The notes under the pieces were generated by a model, which ran no database searches, was not told the DNA's origin, and was given only the letters and a program-made list of their open reading frames with translations. The position numbers and the translations under genes are program-made. 34,451 nt of DNA. Source: Octopus bimaculoides (Eukaryota). The stretch's first letter is position 1. Each line of letters opens with the position of its first letter. Positions 21,836 through 33,560 of the stretch are shown here, in pieces. The stretch lies in the NCBI RefSeq assembly GCF_001194135.2, contig NC_068981.1:7439290-7473740 (forward strand). The letters run 5' to 3'.

Positions 21836-22779
21836 GAGGCAGAGTGAAGTAAAATGAGAAAGAGAGGAGTGTCCACCGAGAACGCCATTTGTATTTTGGC
21901 CTTCTGGCCCTTTTCAATGACTTGTATTCCCAGTCAACCACAAGCCTAGACGGGAATTCACTGCATTCGATATAGGAAACAATAAACAAAACATTTACTG
22001 ATGATGCGAATAGCCTCCCACTTGAATAAAATTTCAGTGTGAGCAACTGAGGTGGTATTCAATTAAAATAGCCGTCTACGTATCATATTTAATGTTTATA
22101 CACCGTTGATAGGTCAGTTATTGTAGTATTCGTCCTGAGATAATATCTCCTATGAATGCTATCTTCTCCTCCCTTCTTATATTTAATGTTTTCTAATGGA
22201 GCTCGTCTATGACAGATATTATCCCAGGACAAATACCCCGGCACCTCGCATATCAATGATGGATATACACTATTAATGATGCACGGATGGTTATCAAAAG
22301 ACATTATTGTTGAAAAGTTAAACAAATCCTCTAAAACATAAAACAGATGATTTTAACAAGAATAAAATACAATATCGATGCGATTCATCTAATATTATTT
22401 TGTATTTACCTTTTAAAATCGTCATTACAAAATGATAAATACTATGGAAAACGTCATATTAGATATTGTTTGTAAATAACGTCAATGTTAGTTGAAATAC
22501 ATAGAGTGAATAATGAGTGATAGTTGAAGTATATAGAGTGATTAATGAATGATCACTTGCAACATTTGGAGGTCTTAATAAATTCAATTTCTACAATTGT
22601 ATTTTAGAATATTAATGATATTGATATTAATAATAACATTAATATTAATAATAATACTAATTAATTTTAATAACTTGAAGTTAAAAGGATGGGAAATAAA
22701 AGAAATGAACTCCAATATCATTAAGGATTCAATAACGAAGTACGCAAACACATTTATGTATATTAATACATGTGGCTAA

Positions 22780-22819
22780 TACATAGATACATACGTACAT
22801 ACATATATACATACATACA

Positions 22820-22855
<36 letters not shown>

Positions 22856-23055
22856 TACATTCATATATATATATATATATATATATCGATAGATAGATAA
22901 ACATATATACATACATATATACATATCAATGAATATATATATATATATATATTTATGATATCTATATATGTATATTGCATATACACACATTCACACTCAT
23001 ACAAACACACGCACAAACACACACACAACCAAACACACACGCACATACATATACA
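22780..23055. repeat. (TACA)n/(TA)n/(CA)n low-complexity block
   Basis: Seen directly. Confidence 0.9.
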
Positions 23056-23089
23056 TGAAATGCCACAAATGGTACAGAAATCTAGCAAC

Positions 23090-23961
23090 AGGAAAATTGG
23101 AGCCAAAATCAAAGAATAGTTGGAAGAAGTGATTGTGGCTTTGTCGCAAAGAATCTGCGTTTATGAGAGATTGCAACTCTCCTTTGAACGAAACAAACAA
23201 TTCGATTCCAACCGAAACCAATTTTTATCAAGAACCGCCACCGGAAAGAAAAGATAACCCAAACACTTGAAAAATTGTGAAATGTCATATCACCTGAAGA
23301 AGTGGCCGAAAGGCTACAAATATGAACGACTTGAAGGCACCAGGAAATGATAAAAGCCCAAAGTTCTGCTTGAAATATTCAGCTGGCATACATAAAATAC
23401 TGGTAAAAATATTTAATAACAAATTAAAGGTAGTCCGGAAACAATAGCTGAATGGCTGAGAGAAGGGGAGTCCATCTTAAACCACACGAGTAAAGAAACA
23501 GCATTATTTTCCCACCGCCATCAAAATCTAGACCTTATAACCCGTCAGCCTACAGATTACAAAACCCTGAATGCAATTATATGGCAGGGATCTTCTGCCA
23601 CGTTATTGCAATCGTGGCTTTGTATTTATAATTAATTACCTGGAAAAAGAAAATCATAAATTATCGCATTTTGCGAAGAAGAGAAACGTGTTGCAAAGCT
23701 CATCATGTGGCTGTAAGGATCAATAACTGATCAAAACAAAAATCTATAACCGAAACCTGTTGAAGGAAGATGGTTCGAGTATGGCATGAATTGACAAGCT
23801 GAAGGCTTTTTGACTTTGTTCTGTACACGTGGATTCCGGAAACATTAGCCACGAATAAGGTAGCACCAATAACGAACAAGCACATCAAACAGGCCATGAA
23901 TAAATAACGGACAATTCTGGCGATACAAACAACGGACGGAGTTATAAAAAGCGACTTCATC
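23090..23961 (+). mobile_element. R4/Dong-clade non-LTR retrotransposon RT fragment, heavily degraded
   Basis: ALSQRICVYE..., KAPGNDK...IHKILVKIFN, PETIAEWLREG, ITRQPTDYKTLNAII, GCKDQ*LIK (23709) and SMA*IDKLKAFD..TW: collinear R4/Dong RT motifs. Confidence 0.8.
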
Positions 23962-24039
23962 TCTTTTAGATCGGGCAAAGAAGGAAAAAGCCGTAAAAAA
24001 AAAAGAAAAAAAATTATCAGAGATGTTTTTATACAACAG

Positions 24040-24080
24040 AAACAAAAACAACAACAATAACAACAAGAGTAATAATAATG

Positions 24081-24114
<34 letters not shown>

Positions 24115-24152
24115 GAATAATAATAATAATAATAAGAAGAAGAAGAAGAAGA
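24040..24152. repeat. (AAC)(AAT)n(AAG)n compound microsatellite
   Basis: Seen directly. Confidence 0.9.
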
Positions 24153-24302
24153 GGGGAAAATACTTGCCAGATTCAAACTGGTTGTAACAATATCATGTTG
24201 ATATGTGTTGCTGCCACTGGTTGACTGTTTTGTGGACTAAAACGGTAAATTGATAAAAATTTGCTTTAAAGATCTAATAATGTTTACTTCATATGCTTTA
24301 CA

Positions 24303-24652
24303 TGTTTCATTCATTGGAGTGCGACCATGCTGGAGCACCGCTTTGATGGGATTAGTCGAACAAATCGACTCCAGTATCTTTTAAAAATTTACTACTTATC
24401 TCATCGATCTCTTTTGCTAAGTTACGAGCCATTTTGTTACGGAGACGTAAACATATCTACACCGGTTGTCAAACGGTGTTTGGGAACAAACACACACACA
24501 TATGCATACAAACGACAACCCGCTTCCTTACAATTTCCGGCACAAAGCCTTGATTGGCCTGAGGATATGACAGAAAAAAAAAACGTACCCAGGATGCCGT
24601 GCAGAGGGACTAAAACCGAAGCCACGTGGTTGCGAAGTGAGCTTCTTAACAC
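24303..24652 (-). mobile_element. SINE family B copy, diverged
   Basis: GACCATGCTGGAGCACCGC tail (reverse complement), internal (CA)n and GGGACTAAAACCGAAGCCACGTGGTTGCG head. Confidence 0.8.
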
Positions 24653-25014
24653 TTGTAATTTGCATAATTAACACAGTGTAATTTGCATAATTAATTCCAC
24701 TGGATGTGCAGAAAAAAAACAATTACCGCTCCTGGATGCAAATGATTTGAAAGACTCTCCTGGGTTTTTACCGCCAGCTGCATTTTTTTAATTCTAGCAA
24801 TGAGAGAGATATGCTGAAATACTTCAGATTTGCTTAAGGACTTCCTAAATCTAATACCATTTTTACCAATCCGCCAAGGATCCGGATTTTATTCCGTTGA
24901 TGGTGGGCGGCATTTGAAGTCGAAATGCATACAATCTATACAGATGCTGTTAGACACTGCGTTCGATGTTTTAATATTCTGCCAACCAAAGGTGAACTAG
25001 TAGAACCGTTACTG

Positions 25015-25120
25015 CATCGAGGTCGATAAACTAAGTACCAGTTGAACACTGGAACCAATATAATCGACTTAACCCTCACCCGAAATTGCTGGCCTTGTGC
25101 CCAAATTTGAAACCACTATT
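25015..25120 (+). mobile_element. SINE family A 3' fragment
   Basis: GGTCGATAAACTAAGTACCAGTTGAACACTGG...AAATTGCTGGCCTTGTGCCCAAATTTGAAACC. Confidence 0.8.
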
Positions 25121-25245
25121 CTGCCAATCAGTCGAGCTCGGATGGTACTATACTGATCCACCTCGAAATCATTCTCATCTTTCAGATATTGAATCCTTTA
25201 TTTCAGTTAATGTCTTAAGTGATTAATTTTGAACACACACACGCA

Positions 25246-25288
<43 letters not shown>

Positions 25289-25537
25289 ACAAACACACGC
25301 ACGCGCACACACAAACTATGAAGTTAAGACAAAGGCACAAAGAAAATATTTTTCAAAGAATATTTCACTAATGTCTGAAGTTGAACTGTATAAGATGAAA
25401 GCTCTGTTAATAACAGAGTTCTCGATTCCTCGAAATTAATAACATTTTTTACTAGATTTATCAGTAATAATTGTAGATTTAGCCATAATTCTAAATTAAT
25501 ATTGATTATAGCATATATTTATTCCTTATACTTAATG

Positions 25538-25668
25538 ATATTGGTTCAAAATTTTGACACAAGGTCAGCAATTTGAGGGGAGGATTAATTCGATTATACC
25601 TAGTACTTATCTCATCGACCCTAAAAAGATAAAAGGTAAATTCAACGACGGTAGCGTTTGAATTCAGA
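25538..25668 (-). mobile_element. SINE family A fragment, diverged
   Basis: ATTGGTTCAAAATTTTGACACAAGGTCAGCAATTT...GTACTTATCTCATCGACCC matches family A in reverse complement. Confidence 0.7.
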
Positions 25669-26234
25669 TTATATCAGCTCGCCGGTGATAGAACTCTAAC
25701 AACATATTAATAATTGATACCTTTAATAATAGACTTATCTAAACCTGCAACTTAATAAAAATACTATATTGATAAATTAACACTATTAATAATACATATT
25801 TACAAAATTAGATTTATCAATATTTTAAAATTTATAATATTAATGTATCTCAGTAATAATAGATTTATCTATAATAATAGATATATTTATTTCGTTAAAT
25901 TAACAATATTAATAATAGATAAGATATTTCTAATGATAGTTTTATCTCTAGCTTAAAATATTTCTCTATAATCAAGAAAGGCAACAAATTACGTTTAATT
26001 TGCAGCTAATTCCATCTCCTCAAGCCGCCGTTATCACACCAACGCTCCGGAAATTTTCTCTTTGATTTTGTCTTTTAATACAATTACAATTTATTCCAGA
26101 AATGGAACAATCCTCAAACATATGACATATACACTCACAACTACACACTCATACACACATGCGCACACACTTGAACCCATGAGTCACTCCATGCTTGTGT
26201 GCTGGTGTATGTAAATATGTAAAATGCCGTTCAA

Positions 26235-26276
<42 letters not shown>

Positions 26277-26599
26277 TGTCTGTAGGAAGGTGTGTTTAAG
26301 TTTATTTCAAAGAAAGTAATAATTTAATTAAGTAATTAAGGAGTAGTCAATATCTAATGTGTATGTATATGTATGCTTTTATTTCTGTGATTTTCTGTGT
26401 ATTTCAGCTTTGATTATATTTCTGGTAGATGGCGATCTTCAGTTTTGTAGGCGACGTGTGTTGTACATTTGTGCGGTTCGGTTGTGTTGTAATGTTGCTG
26501 TCTGTGTGCAGTCTGTTCATAATGAAATATGTTAGCAGAAGATATGCATGCTGTGATCGGATGCTCAAGATGTAAACTACTATTCTGTGCTGTGATGTA

Positions 26600-26760
26600 T
26601 GTATGATTGGTTGGTTATGAAGCTCGATTTGCAACCACGTGGTTTAGGGTTCAGTCCCACTGCGCGGCACCTTGAGAAAGTGTCTTCTACTATAGCTCCG
26701 GGCTGACTAAAATTTTGTGAGTGAATTTGGTATATGGAAACTGGGTACATATATGTACGT
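26600..26760 (+). mobile_element. SINE family B 5' part
   Basis: GGGTTCAGTCCCACTGCGCGGCACCTTGAGAAAGTGTCTTCTACTATAGC, running into (TA)n and a gap. Confidence 0.85.
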
Positions 26761-27099
26761 ATGTATGTATATGTGTATATATATATATATATATNNNNNN
26801 NNNNNNNNNNNNNNNNNNNNNNNNNNNNNNNNNNNNNNNNNNNNNNNNNNNNNNNNNNNNNNNNNNNNNNNNNNNNNNNNNNNNNNNNNNNNNNNNNNNN
26901 NNNNNNNNNNNNNNNNNNNNNNNNNNNNNNNNNNNNNNNNNNNNNNNNNNNNNNNNNNNNNNNNNNNNNNNNNNNNNNNNNNNNNNNNNNNNNNNNNNNN
27001 NNNNNNNNNNNNNNNNNNNNNNNNNNNNNNNNNNNNNNNNNNNNNNNNNNNNNNNNNNNNNNNNNNATATATATATATATATATATACACACATATGTA

Positions 27100-27488
27100 C
27101 AGGGTGTTCCAAAAGTCACGGATTGGTTTTAATTTTTAATAACGTCCTTGAATTTACAAATAAATCCATGAAATTTTGATACAGTATAAAGGACATAATG
27201 GAAATTAATACGCACGAGTCAGATTTTGCAACACCACTACATCACATATGAAAAATGACATCGCTTAAATGGCAGTCATTTTTGGCTTCGCATGCCCGTG
27301 CTCTTTCCAAACCTTGCACCATATCACCCTCAAGAGTTTCAGACCCCACTTCTCTGATCTCTCTATTGATGTTCTCCTTCAGTTACACAAGGGTCTCCGG
27401 TTTGTTGACGTAAACTCTCTCTTTCAGGTATCTTCACAAAAAAAAAAAATCTTGGCTAGTTAGGTCTGGGGAACATGAAGGCCATCCA
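27100..27488 (-). mobile_element. Tc1/mariner-superfamily transposon 3' end (TIR plus transposase C-terminus)
   Basis: TA|CAGGGTGTTCCAAAAGTCAC terminus at 27098-27100. Minus-strand translation: WPSCSPDLTSQDFF...YLKERVYVNKPETL..LKENINREI...HLSDVIFHM*. Confidence 0.85.
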
Positions 27489-27504
27489 AACTAGACCTCA
27501 CACA

Positions 27505-27626
27505 TGGTTCCAGCAAGATGGGGCAATGCAGCAAGAGAAACAATGCAGATGTTACGGCAGTGCTTTGGAGAGAGAATAATCTCCCGCAATGTCAACTCGC
27601 CTTCCCGTTCCCCAGACTTGACCAGT
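27505..27626 (+). mobile_element. Tc1/mariner transposase segment in opposite orientation
   Basis: WFQQDGA, then (frameshift) AARETMQMLRQCFGERIISRNVNSPSRSPDLTS. Confidence 0.8.
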
Positions 27627-27629
27627 CTT

Positions 27630-27763
27630 CAACTTGTTCCGTTTGCCAAAAGGTTTGCAAGGCATCAACAGACCTCAAGAGATACATGCATGTCCATAGG
27701 ACATAATTAACACTTTATTTTACTGAACCGTCATTTATTGTTCACGACGGAAGAATCCATCAT
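27630..27763 (+). mobile_element. RTE-like LINE 3' end, second copy
   Basis: CSVCQKVCKASTDLKRYMHVHRT* (C2H2-like), then TTGTTCACGACGGAAGAATCCATCAT; homologous to 19645-19767. Confidence 0.55.
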
Positions 27764-30056
27764 ATATATTAACGTTTTGGTGTTTGATCATTGGCCCCAG
27801 GTCGACCCTGACTAATCCCATATTTGAGCAAATTAGATCAAACCTTAACCCTGCCATTCCAGTAGTATCTAGTACCAATCTACCTTTTTAAAAAATTTCT
27901 TATTTCAGATAGTAGAATATAATTGAAAGAGTATGAAAAATGATTTGGTCGCTATTTCTAACAGATAAAGTGGTCACGCAGTTGCTTAAGTGTCTGAGAC
28001 TTATTGAGCATTTTAAAGGAGGTCTATAGATTAGGTGGGTGGGTTCCTTTTTCGGGGTAGTTTGAAAGGAGCTGCACGTGAACAGAAACGAAAACAAGAC
28101 TCCCGTATTAATGCTGTAGAAGCTATGTTTGAAGTAGTCCTTCATTATAAAAGTATTCTCAAAATGTTTATCATTCGCCTTGAGAAACACTTTTAATATG
28201 ATACTATGATGATACGTCACGTAAATAACCAACGCTAGAATATTTTTAATATAATATTACGAAAATACATTATGGAAAATGATGGAACTCTACAATATGC
28301 TGCGTAGTAAATATTCACCGTTTTGAATTCCTAAAAAATAATAACGCGATATGCAGGGAGTTGTTTGTTTGTTGTTGTTTTTTTACGTTTTGCAATAAAG
28401 CAATAAAGCATCGTTTACGTTTGAAGCCATAAAATGGTGGATGCTGTAGTGATACACTTCCATTAAACGATAAGCTGAACCTTTTGATATCTGAAATCAT
28501 GAAACACAATAATATGTCTTTTATTATATTTGATTTGTTAATCAAAATATGAATTTCTGGATTACTCCCTACTACTTTGCTACTTTTAAAGGTCTTTCAA
28601 TACTCGTTTCTTAAGGAAATATCGTCAAATTTATTTCTAGTTAAATATTTTAATTCTAGCAGAGTAAAATTCTTCACTTTAAAATGATTTCTACTTATTC
28701 TTTGCACTGGTTTATATTTCCTAAAATAGTGTGTCTATTAGAGGTAGTCTAACTAAACCTTAATGTTGTTCTTTTATAGAATATTTATTTAACCTTAGTT
28801 GTCAATTCAAGTGTGATTGAAATATATGAGTTCCAGAAATATTGATGCCATTTGAAGATATCAAGAAATGAACTGAAGTCGTTACATCTTAACATGGCAT
28901 GATCACAACACGGTATTGGATATTCGTGTATCCATACAATCATGTTCCATGCATACATTTATTGCGTATATCAATTGAAATTATTGAGGCATGGCTACAG
29001 AAGCATAAAATGCTTTATCACAGGTCTTTGATGTTTCGAGTAGCGTTAGCTACACTAAACAAAGAAAACAACAGAAATATTGTAATAGTAAAGTAAAAGT
29101 GAACGCTGGACATTCTTGTCAAAACGAATATCAGAGTTCCATTAAAATTGTGAAGTCACTATAAATAGCTTTAGTGTGGTTCGCTTGAACAAGATGCCTG
29201 ACTGCTGTTCAAGTTGAACGATCCAGTTTCATATGAACTCGACAGATATCTATCTTATTCTAACCTCATACATCCACTTTCCATATAAGACAGAGTTTTC
29301 AGAAAATGTTCCTGTTTTTCTCCATACAATTAGTGACACCAAACCAACCCCTCCCTCGCCCACCTCCATTACTATTTTGTGGCAAACATTAATTTAAAAT
29401 GGAAAATAACCAAACTTGACATTTTCTTGCCGTATTTACCTCTAACAAAATATCCGAGCTTAACCTTTTCATTCGCAACATGTTTTCTAAGAGGAAGAAA
29501 TTTTATGGAAAATATTCCTATTTCGTATCTTCTGGTTGTTTTTTTCTTCTTTTGCTTATTTTTAATATGTCGGTTAACAGCAGAAATGCGATATTTCCAA
29601 GTAGTTAAAATATTGAAGTTTTAATTATTGAGTCACGTGTTCATTGCTCGGTTCCTTCATTCGGTGCATCTGATCAAATCATTCAATCGCTTTGTATCCT
29701 TTTTATAGAACAACACAATAGATAAAAGATATTTTATTGAAATTTAACGGCGATACATAAACATATCTTGTGGTGTAAAAGATGCATCCTGTTGCCATTA
29801 CTAACACCGATGCTGAGCGGGGATCCTTTGATCCAAAGAGGCTACGTCAAATATGATAAATTAAATTCATATGTATGCATATGTGTGTGTGTGTCTATGT
29901 GCGTCCGTGTGCGTGTGAGTGTGTGTACACACACATCACACACATGTGCGTATATATATACACACCTATATACATATATATATATATGTATATACATATA
30001 CACCTGTATACATATATATATAAATATATATATGTATATATGTATATACACGCACA

Positions 30057-30087
<31 letters not shown>

Positions 30088-30168
30088 NNNNNNNNNNNNN
30101 NNNNNNNNNNNNNNNNNNNNNNNNNNNNNNNNNNNNNNNNNNNNNNNNNNNNNNNNNNNNNNNNNNNN

Positions 30169-30240
30169 CTGTATTGAAAGTGTTTTGCGTAGAATGTGTG
30201 CAGTACCCAGTAGTGCAATTTTCTGTATGTTATATATATA
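30169..30240 (-). mobile_element. R4/Dong ORF C-terminal fragment
   Basis: YNIQKIALLGTAHILRKTLSIQ matches the conserved R4/Dong terminal QK..LLGTA.ILR motif; flanked by (TA)n and a gap. Confidence 0.75.
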
Positions 30241-30679
30241 TGTGTGTGTGTGTGTAAATGCAGATACATATATCTTTTCTGAAGTACAATGTACGAGAAT
30301 ATGCAATATATCTGGATATAGAATATCAAATTTAGGACGTAAATACCATGATCAGGGGCGAAGATTAAAACACACACACACACACGCACACATTTATATA
30401 TACGTCATATTGAATGATATATGACGCATATATAAATAAATAATCATAGCTAGAACGTGTTCCTTGCATGGGTATCCTGGATCAGGCGTGGCCTAGGGTT
30501 AAATAACAATAACAACACTGGCAAACAAAAAGAGATTAGCCTTATGCAATCGTAAAATCAATTTGAAACCTAAATTAAAAGTGATTAGTTATGAGCAAAC
30601 TGGTTATCTGTTCTCATCCAATAATCCCTTTTTATGTATTTATTGGTTGTTTTAATAAGGTGATCAACTGATATAACCC

Positions 30680-30873
30680 TTAGCGCATTGGGAAAAGTGC
30701 TTAGCGGCGTGTTGTCCCTTTATACGTTCTGAGTTCCCTTTCCAACGGAGTCAACTTTGCCTTTCGTCCTTTCGGGGTCGATAAAATAAATACCAGTTAT
30801 GCACTGGGGTTGATGTATTCAACTTACTCCCTGTACTGAAATTGCTGGTCTTATGGCAAAATTTGTAACTAAT
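30680..30873 (+). mobile_element. SINE family A copy
   Basis: TACGTTCTGAGTTC...TCAACTTTGCCTTTCGTCCTTTCGGGGTCGATAAAATAAATACCAG...CTGGGGTTGATG. Confidence 0.8.
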
Positions 30874-31107
30874 ACTTATTGATTGTACAGTAGATTCAGA
30901 TACACATTTTTGGGGGTGGGTGGAGCATTTTCATTGTTCTCCACTCTATGTCTTCATACGTGTCCAAAGCAACGAGAGAATTCCTTAATGTTTGCTGTCA
31001 GTGATATCTTTTGGCCGTTATAGCAGCCTCTTGGTATAAATCTATTTTTCTTATAACAGAAATCTAGTCTGGCTGCCTTGATTTACTCTTTTCTCTCCCT
31101 CTTTTCT

Positions 31108-31780
31108 CTTTTTCTTGTTTCAGTTATTTGACTGCGGCCATGCCGAGCACCTTTAGTCGAGCAGATCGACCCCAGGGCTTATTCTTTAGAAGCCTAGTAC
31201 TTATTCTATCGGTCTCTTTTGCCGAACTGCTAGGTTACGGCGACGTAAACACACCACCATCGTTTGTCAAGCGATGTTGGGGGGACAAACGCAGACACAC
31301 AAGCATATATACACACATACATACATATATATATATATGTATATATATANNNNNNNNNNNNNNNNNNNNNNNNNNNNNNNNNNNNNNNNNNNNNNNNNNN
31401 NNNNNNNNNNNNNNNNNNNNNNNNNNNNNNNNNNNNNNNNNNNNNNNNNNNNNNNNNNNNNNNNNNNNNNNNNNNNNNNNNNNNNNNNNNNNNNNNNNNN
31501 NNNNNNNNNNNNNNNNNNNNNNNNNNNNNNNNNNNNNNNNNNNNNNNNNNNNNNNNNNNNNNNNNNNNNNNNNNNNNNNNNNNNNNNNNNNNNNNNATAT
31601 ACATATACATATATACGACGCGCTTCTTTCAGTTTCCACCTACCAAATCCACTCACAAGGCTTTGGTCGACCCGAGGCTATAGTAGAAGACACTTGCCCA
31701 AGGTGCCACGCAGTGGGAACGAACCTGGAACCATGTGTTTGGTAAGCAAGCTACTTACCACACAGCCACTCTTACGCCTA
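31108..31780 (-). mobile_element. SINE family B, full-length and low divergence, with its internal microsatellite in the gap
   Basis: The tail, body and head halves continue across gap 31350-31596, both flanked by (TA)n. Confidence 0.9.
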
Positions 31781-31793
31781 TACTACGAAATAT

Positions 31794-31991
31794 TGATTTC
31801 TAATTTGGGCATAAAATTTCGGTGGGTGGAGGGGAGTAAGTTGATTACATTGGTTCCAGCGTTCAACTGGTACTTATCGACCCCAAAAAGATGAAAGATG
31901 AAGTCGACCCTGGAGGTATTTGAACTCTGAACGCAAAGACAGACGGGAGAAAATACCACGGTATCGATTCTGTCACCTCACCGCTTTGATT
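31794..31991 (-). mobile_element. SINE family A with 13-bp TSD
   Basis: TACTACGAAATAT at 31781-31793 and 31992-32004 flanks a family A body. Confidence 0.85.
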
Positions 31992-32019
31992 TACTACGAA
32001 ATATGCTTTTATACGTCTC

Positions 32020-32414
32020 TAGGTGCAGGCTTGGTTGTGTGGTTAAGAAGCAAGCTTCAAACGATGTGATTTCGGGTTCAGTCTCTCTGTACAGCAACTT
32101 GGGCAAGTTTCTTTTGCCAATAACCTGTGAGTGAATTTGATAGATGGAAACTATGTGGAAGCCCGTCGTATACTGATACATTTATCTATGTGTGTGTGTG
32201 TTTGTGTTTGTCACTCCCCACAGCTTGAAAACCGATGTTCGTTTGTTTATGTCCACTTAACCTAGCAGTTTGACAAAAGTGATTAATGACAGGAATACCA
32301 GACTTTAGAAAAGGAAATCATAGGTGCTGGGGTCGAGTTGTTCGACTTAAGGTTACCAGGCAGTGCTCCAGCATGGCCGCAGTCCAATGACTGATACAAG
32401 TAAATAATAAAAGA
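32020..32414 (+). mobile_element. SINE family B, full-length, diverged
   Basis: Head GGTGCAGGCTTGGTTGTGTGGTTAAGAAG; tail GCTCCAGCATGGCCGCAGTCCAATGACTGATACAAG. Confidence 0.85.
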
Positions 32415-33108
32415 TGGGAAACAGAATATTAAAGAGAAAATGTCGATCTATTGTGATGCAATATGTTTCCGTTAATAACCCTTTATTTCAATATACAATT
32501 ATATGAATACTAGAATATAACTGGTATTTGTTATATCAGGTCTGTCTTAGACGAAATCTGTAGCATTCAGCTTTTGTAATTATTACATTGTTAAAACAAA
32601 TGCTGGTTGTCATTTCGGAGATTAAACCTAACCTCTTATTGAGTGCATTCTGAACAGATTTAAATTGTCTGAACTACATAACGTTTCTTTTCTCTTTATT
32701 TTCTGTGATCAGCGAGATTCGAAAACAACGACTCGCATGTTTATTATTAATATCTTCCAACAGATTCCAACACAAATAAGCCAATCGCTATTGTATTTGT
32801 CACAGGAGCGTGTCCCTTACAGCGACTATGTGTTCATAACACGCGATTCATTAATGCCAGGGGTTCTGGAACTCCGGTGCTTCGCCATGTTCTGTCTCAT
32901 AAGCTGGAAGCACCCAGAGGAACGAATCAAACAAGAACTGATGCCCCCAATTATAATTTTATCGAGCAGTTTGTTCTCGCTGAACATTTGCCAACCAATA
33001 ATAAATTGTTATTTGAGCAGTGAACCGCGGGATTCGAAATGATGGCTTGCAGCTATGAAGAACAGCTATACAAGTCATCCTCAGAAGCGCGATATTTATT
33101 GGAAATAA

Positions 33109-33329
33109 GGCGGCGGACTGGCAGAGTCGTTAGCACGCTGGACGAAATGTTTAGAAGCATTTCACCCGTCACTACGTTCTGAGTTCAAATTCCGCCGAGG
33201 TCGACTTTGCCTTTCATCCTTTCGGATCGATAAATTAAGTACCAGGGAAACACTGGGGTCGATGTAATCAATTAACTCTCCCCCCCACACACACACAATT
33301 TCAGGCCTTGTGTCCACAGCAGAAAGATT
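33109..33329 (+). mobile_element. SINE family A, full-length, with 15-bp TSD
   Basis: ATTTATTGGAAATAA at 33094-33108 and 33330-33344. Confidence 0.9.
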
Positions 33330-33344
33330 ATTTATTGGAAATAA

Positions 33345-33560
33345 GGCGGCGAGCAGGTTCAATCGTTAGCACGACGAGTAAAATGCTTAGTGGCATTTTG
33401 TACGTCTTTACGTTCTGAGTTCAAATGTTGCCGAGGTCAACTCGGCCTTTCACCTACTCAGGCTCGATAATATAAGTACCAGTTGAATACTGGGGTCGAT
33501 GTAACGACTGAATCCCTTTACCCCGAAATTGTTGAGCTTGTATCAAAATTCAAAACCAAT
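33345..33560 (+). mobile_element. SINE family A, older copy with alternative 3' tail
   Basis: Same head and body as 33109 but ends AAATTGTTGAGCTTGTATCAAAATTCAAAACCAAT. Confidence 0.85.

Noticed and set aside
20637-22046. Long ORFs in the track (also 5982-7139, 12050-12845, 15135-15903, 26580-27179, 31128-31894)
   Set aside because: They read through N-gaps and microsatellites (poly-X, YIYI, HTHT) and show no coding signal.
25680-25990. AT-rich region with recurring TAATAATAGAT
   Set aside because: Cryptic low complexity without a definable period.
28050-28200. Protein-like frame AAREQKRKQDSRINAVEAMF
   Set aside because: It is short, has no splice signals and matches no family I recognise.
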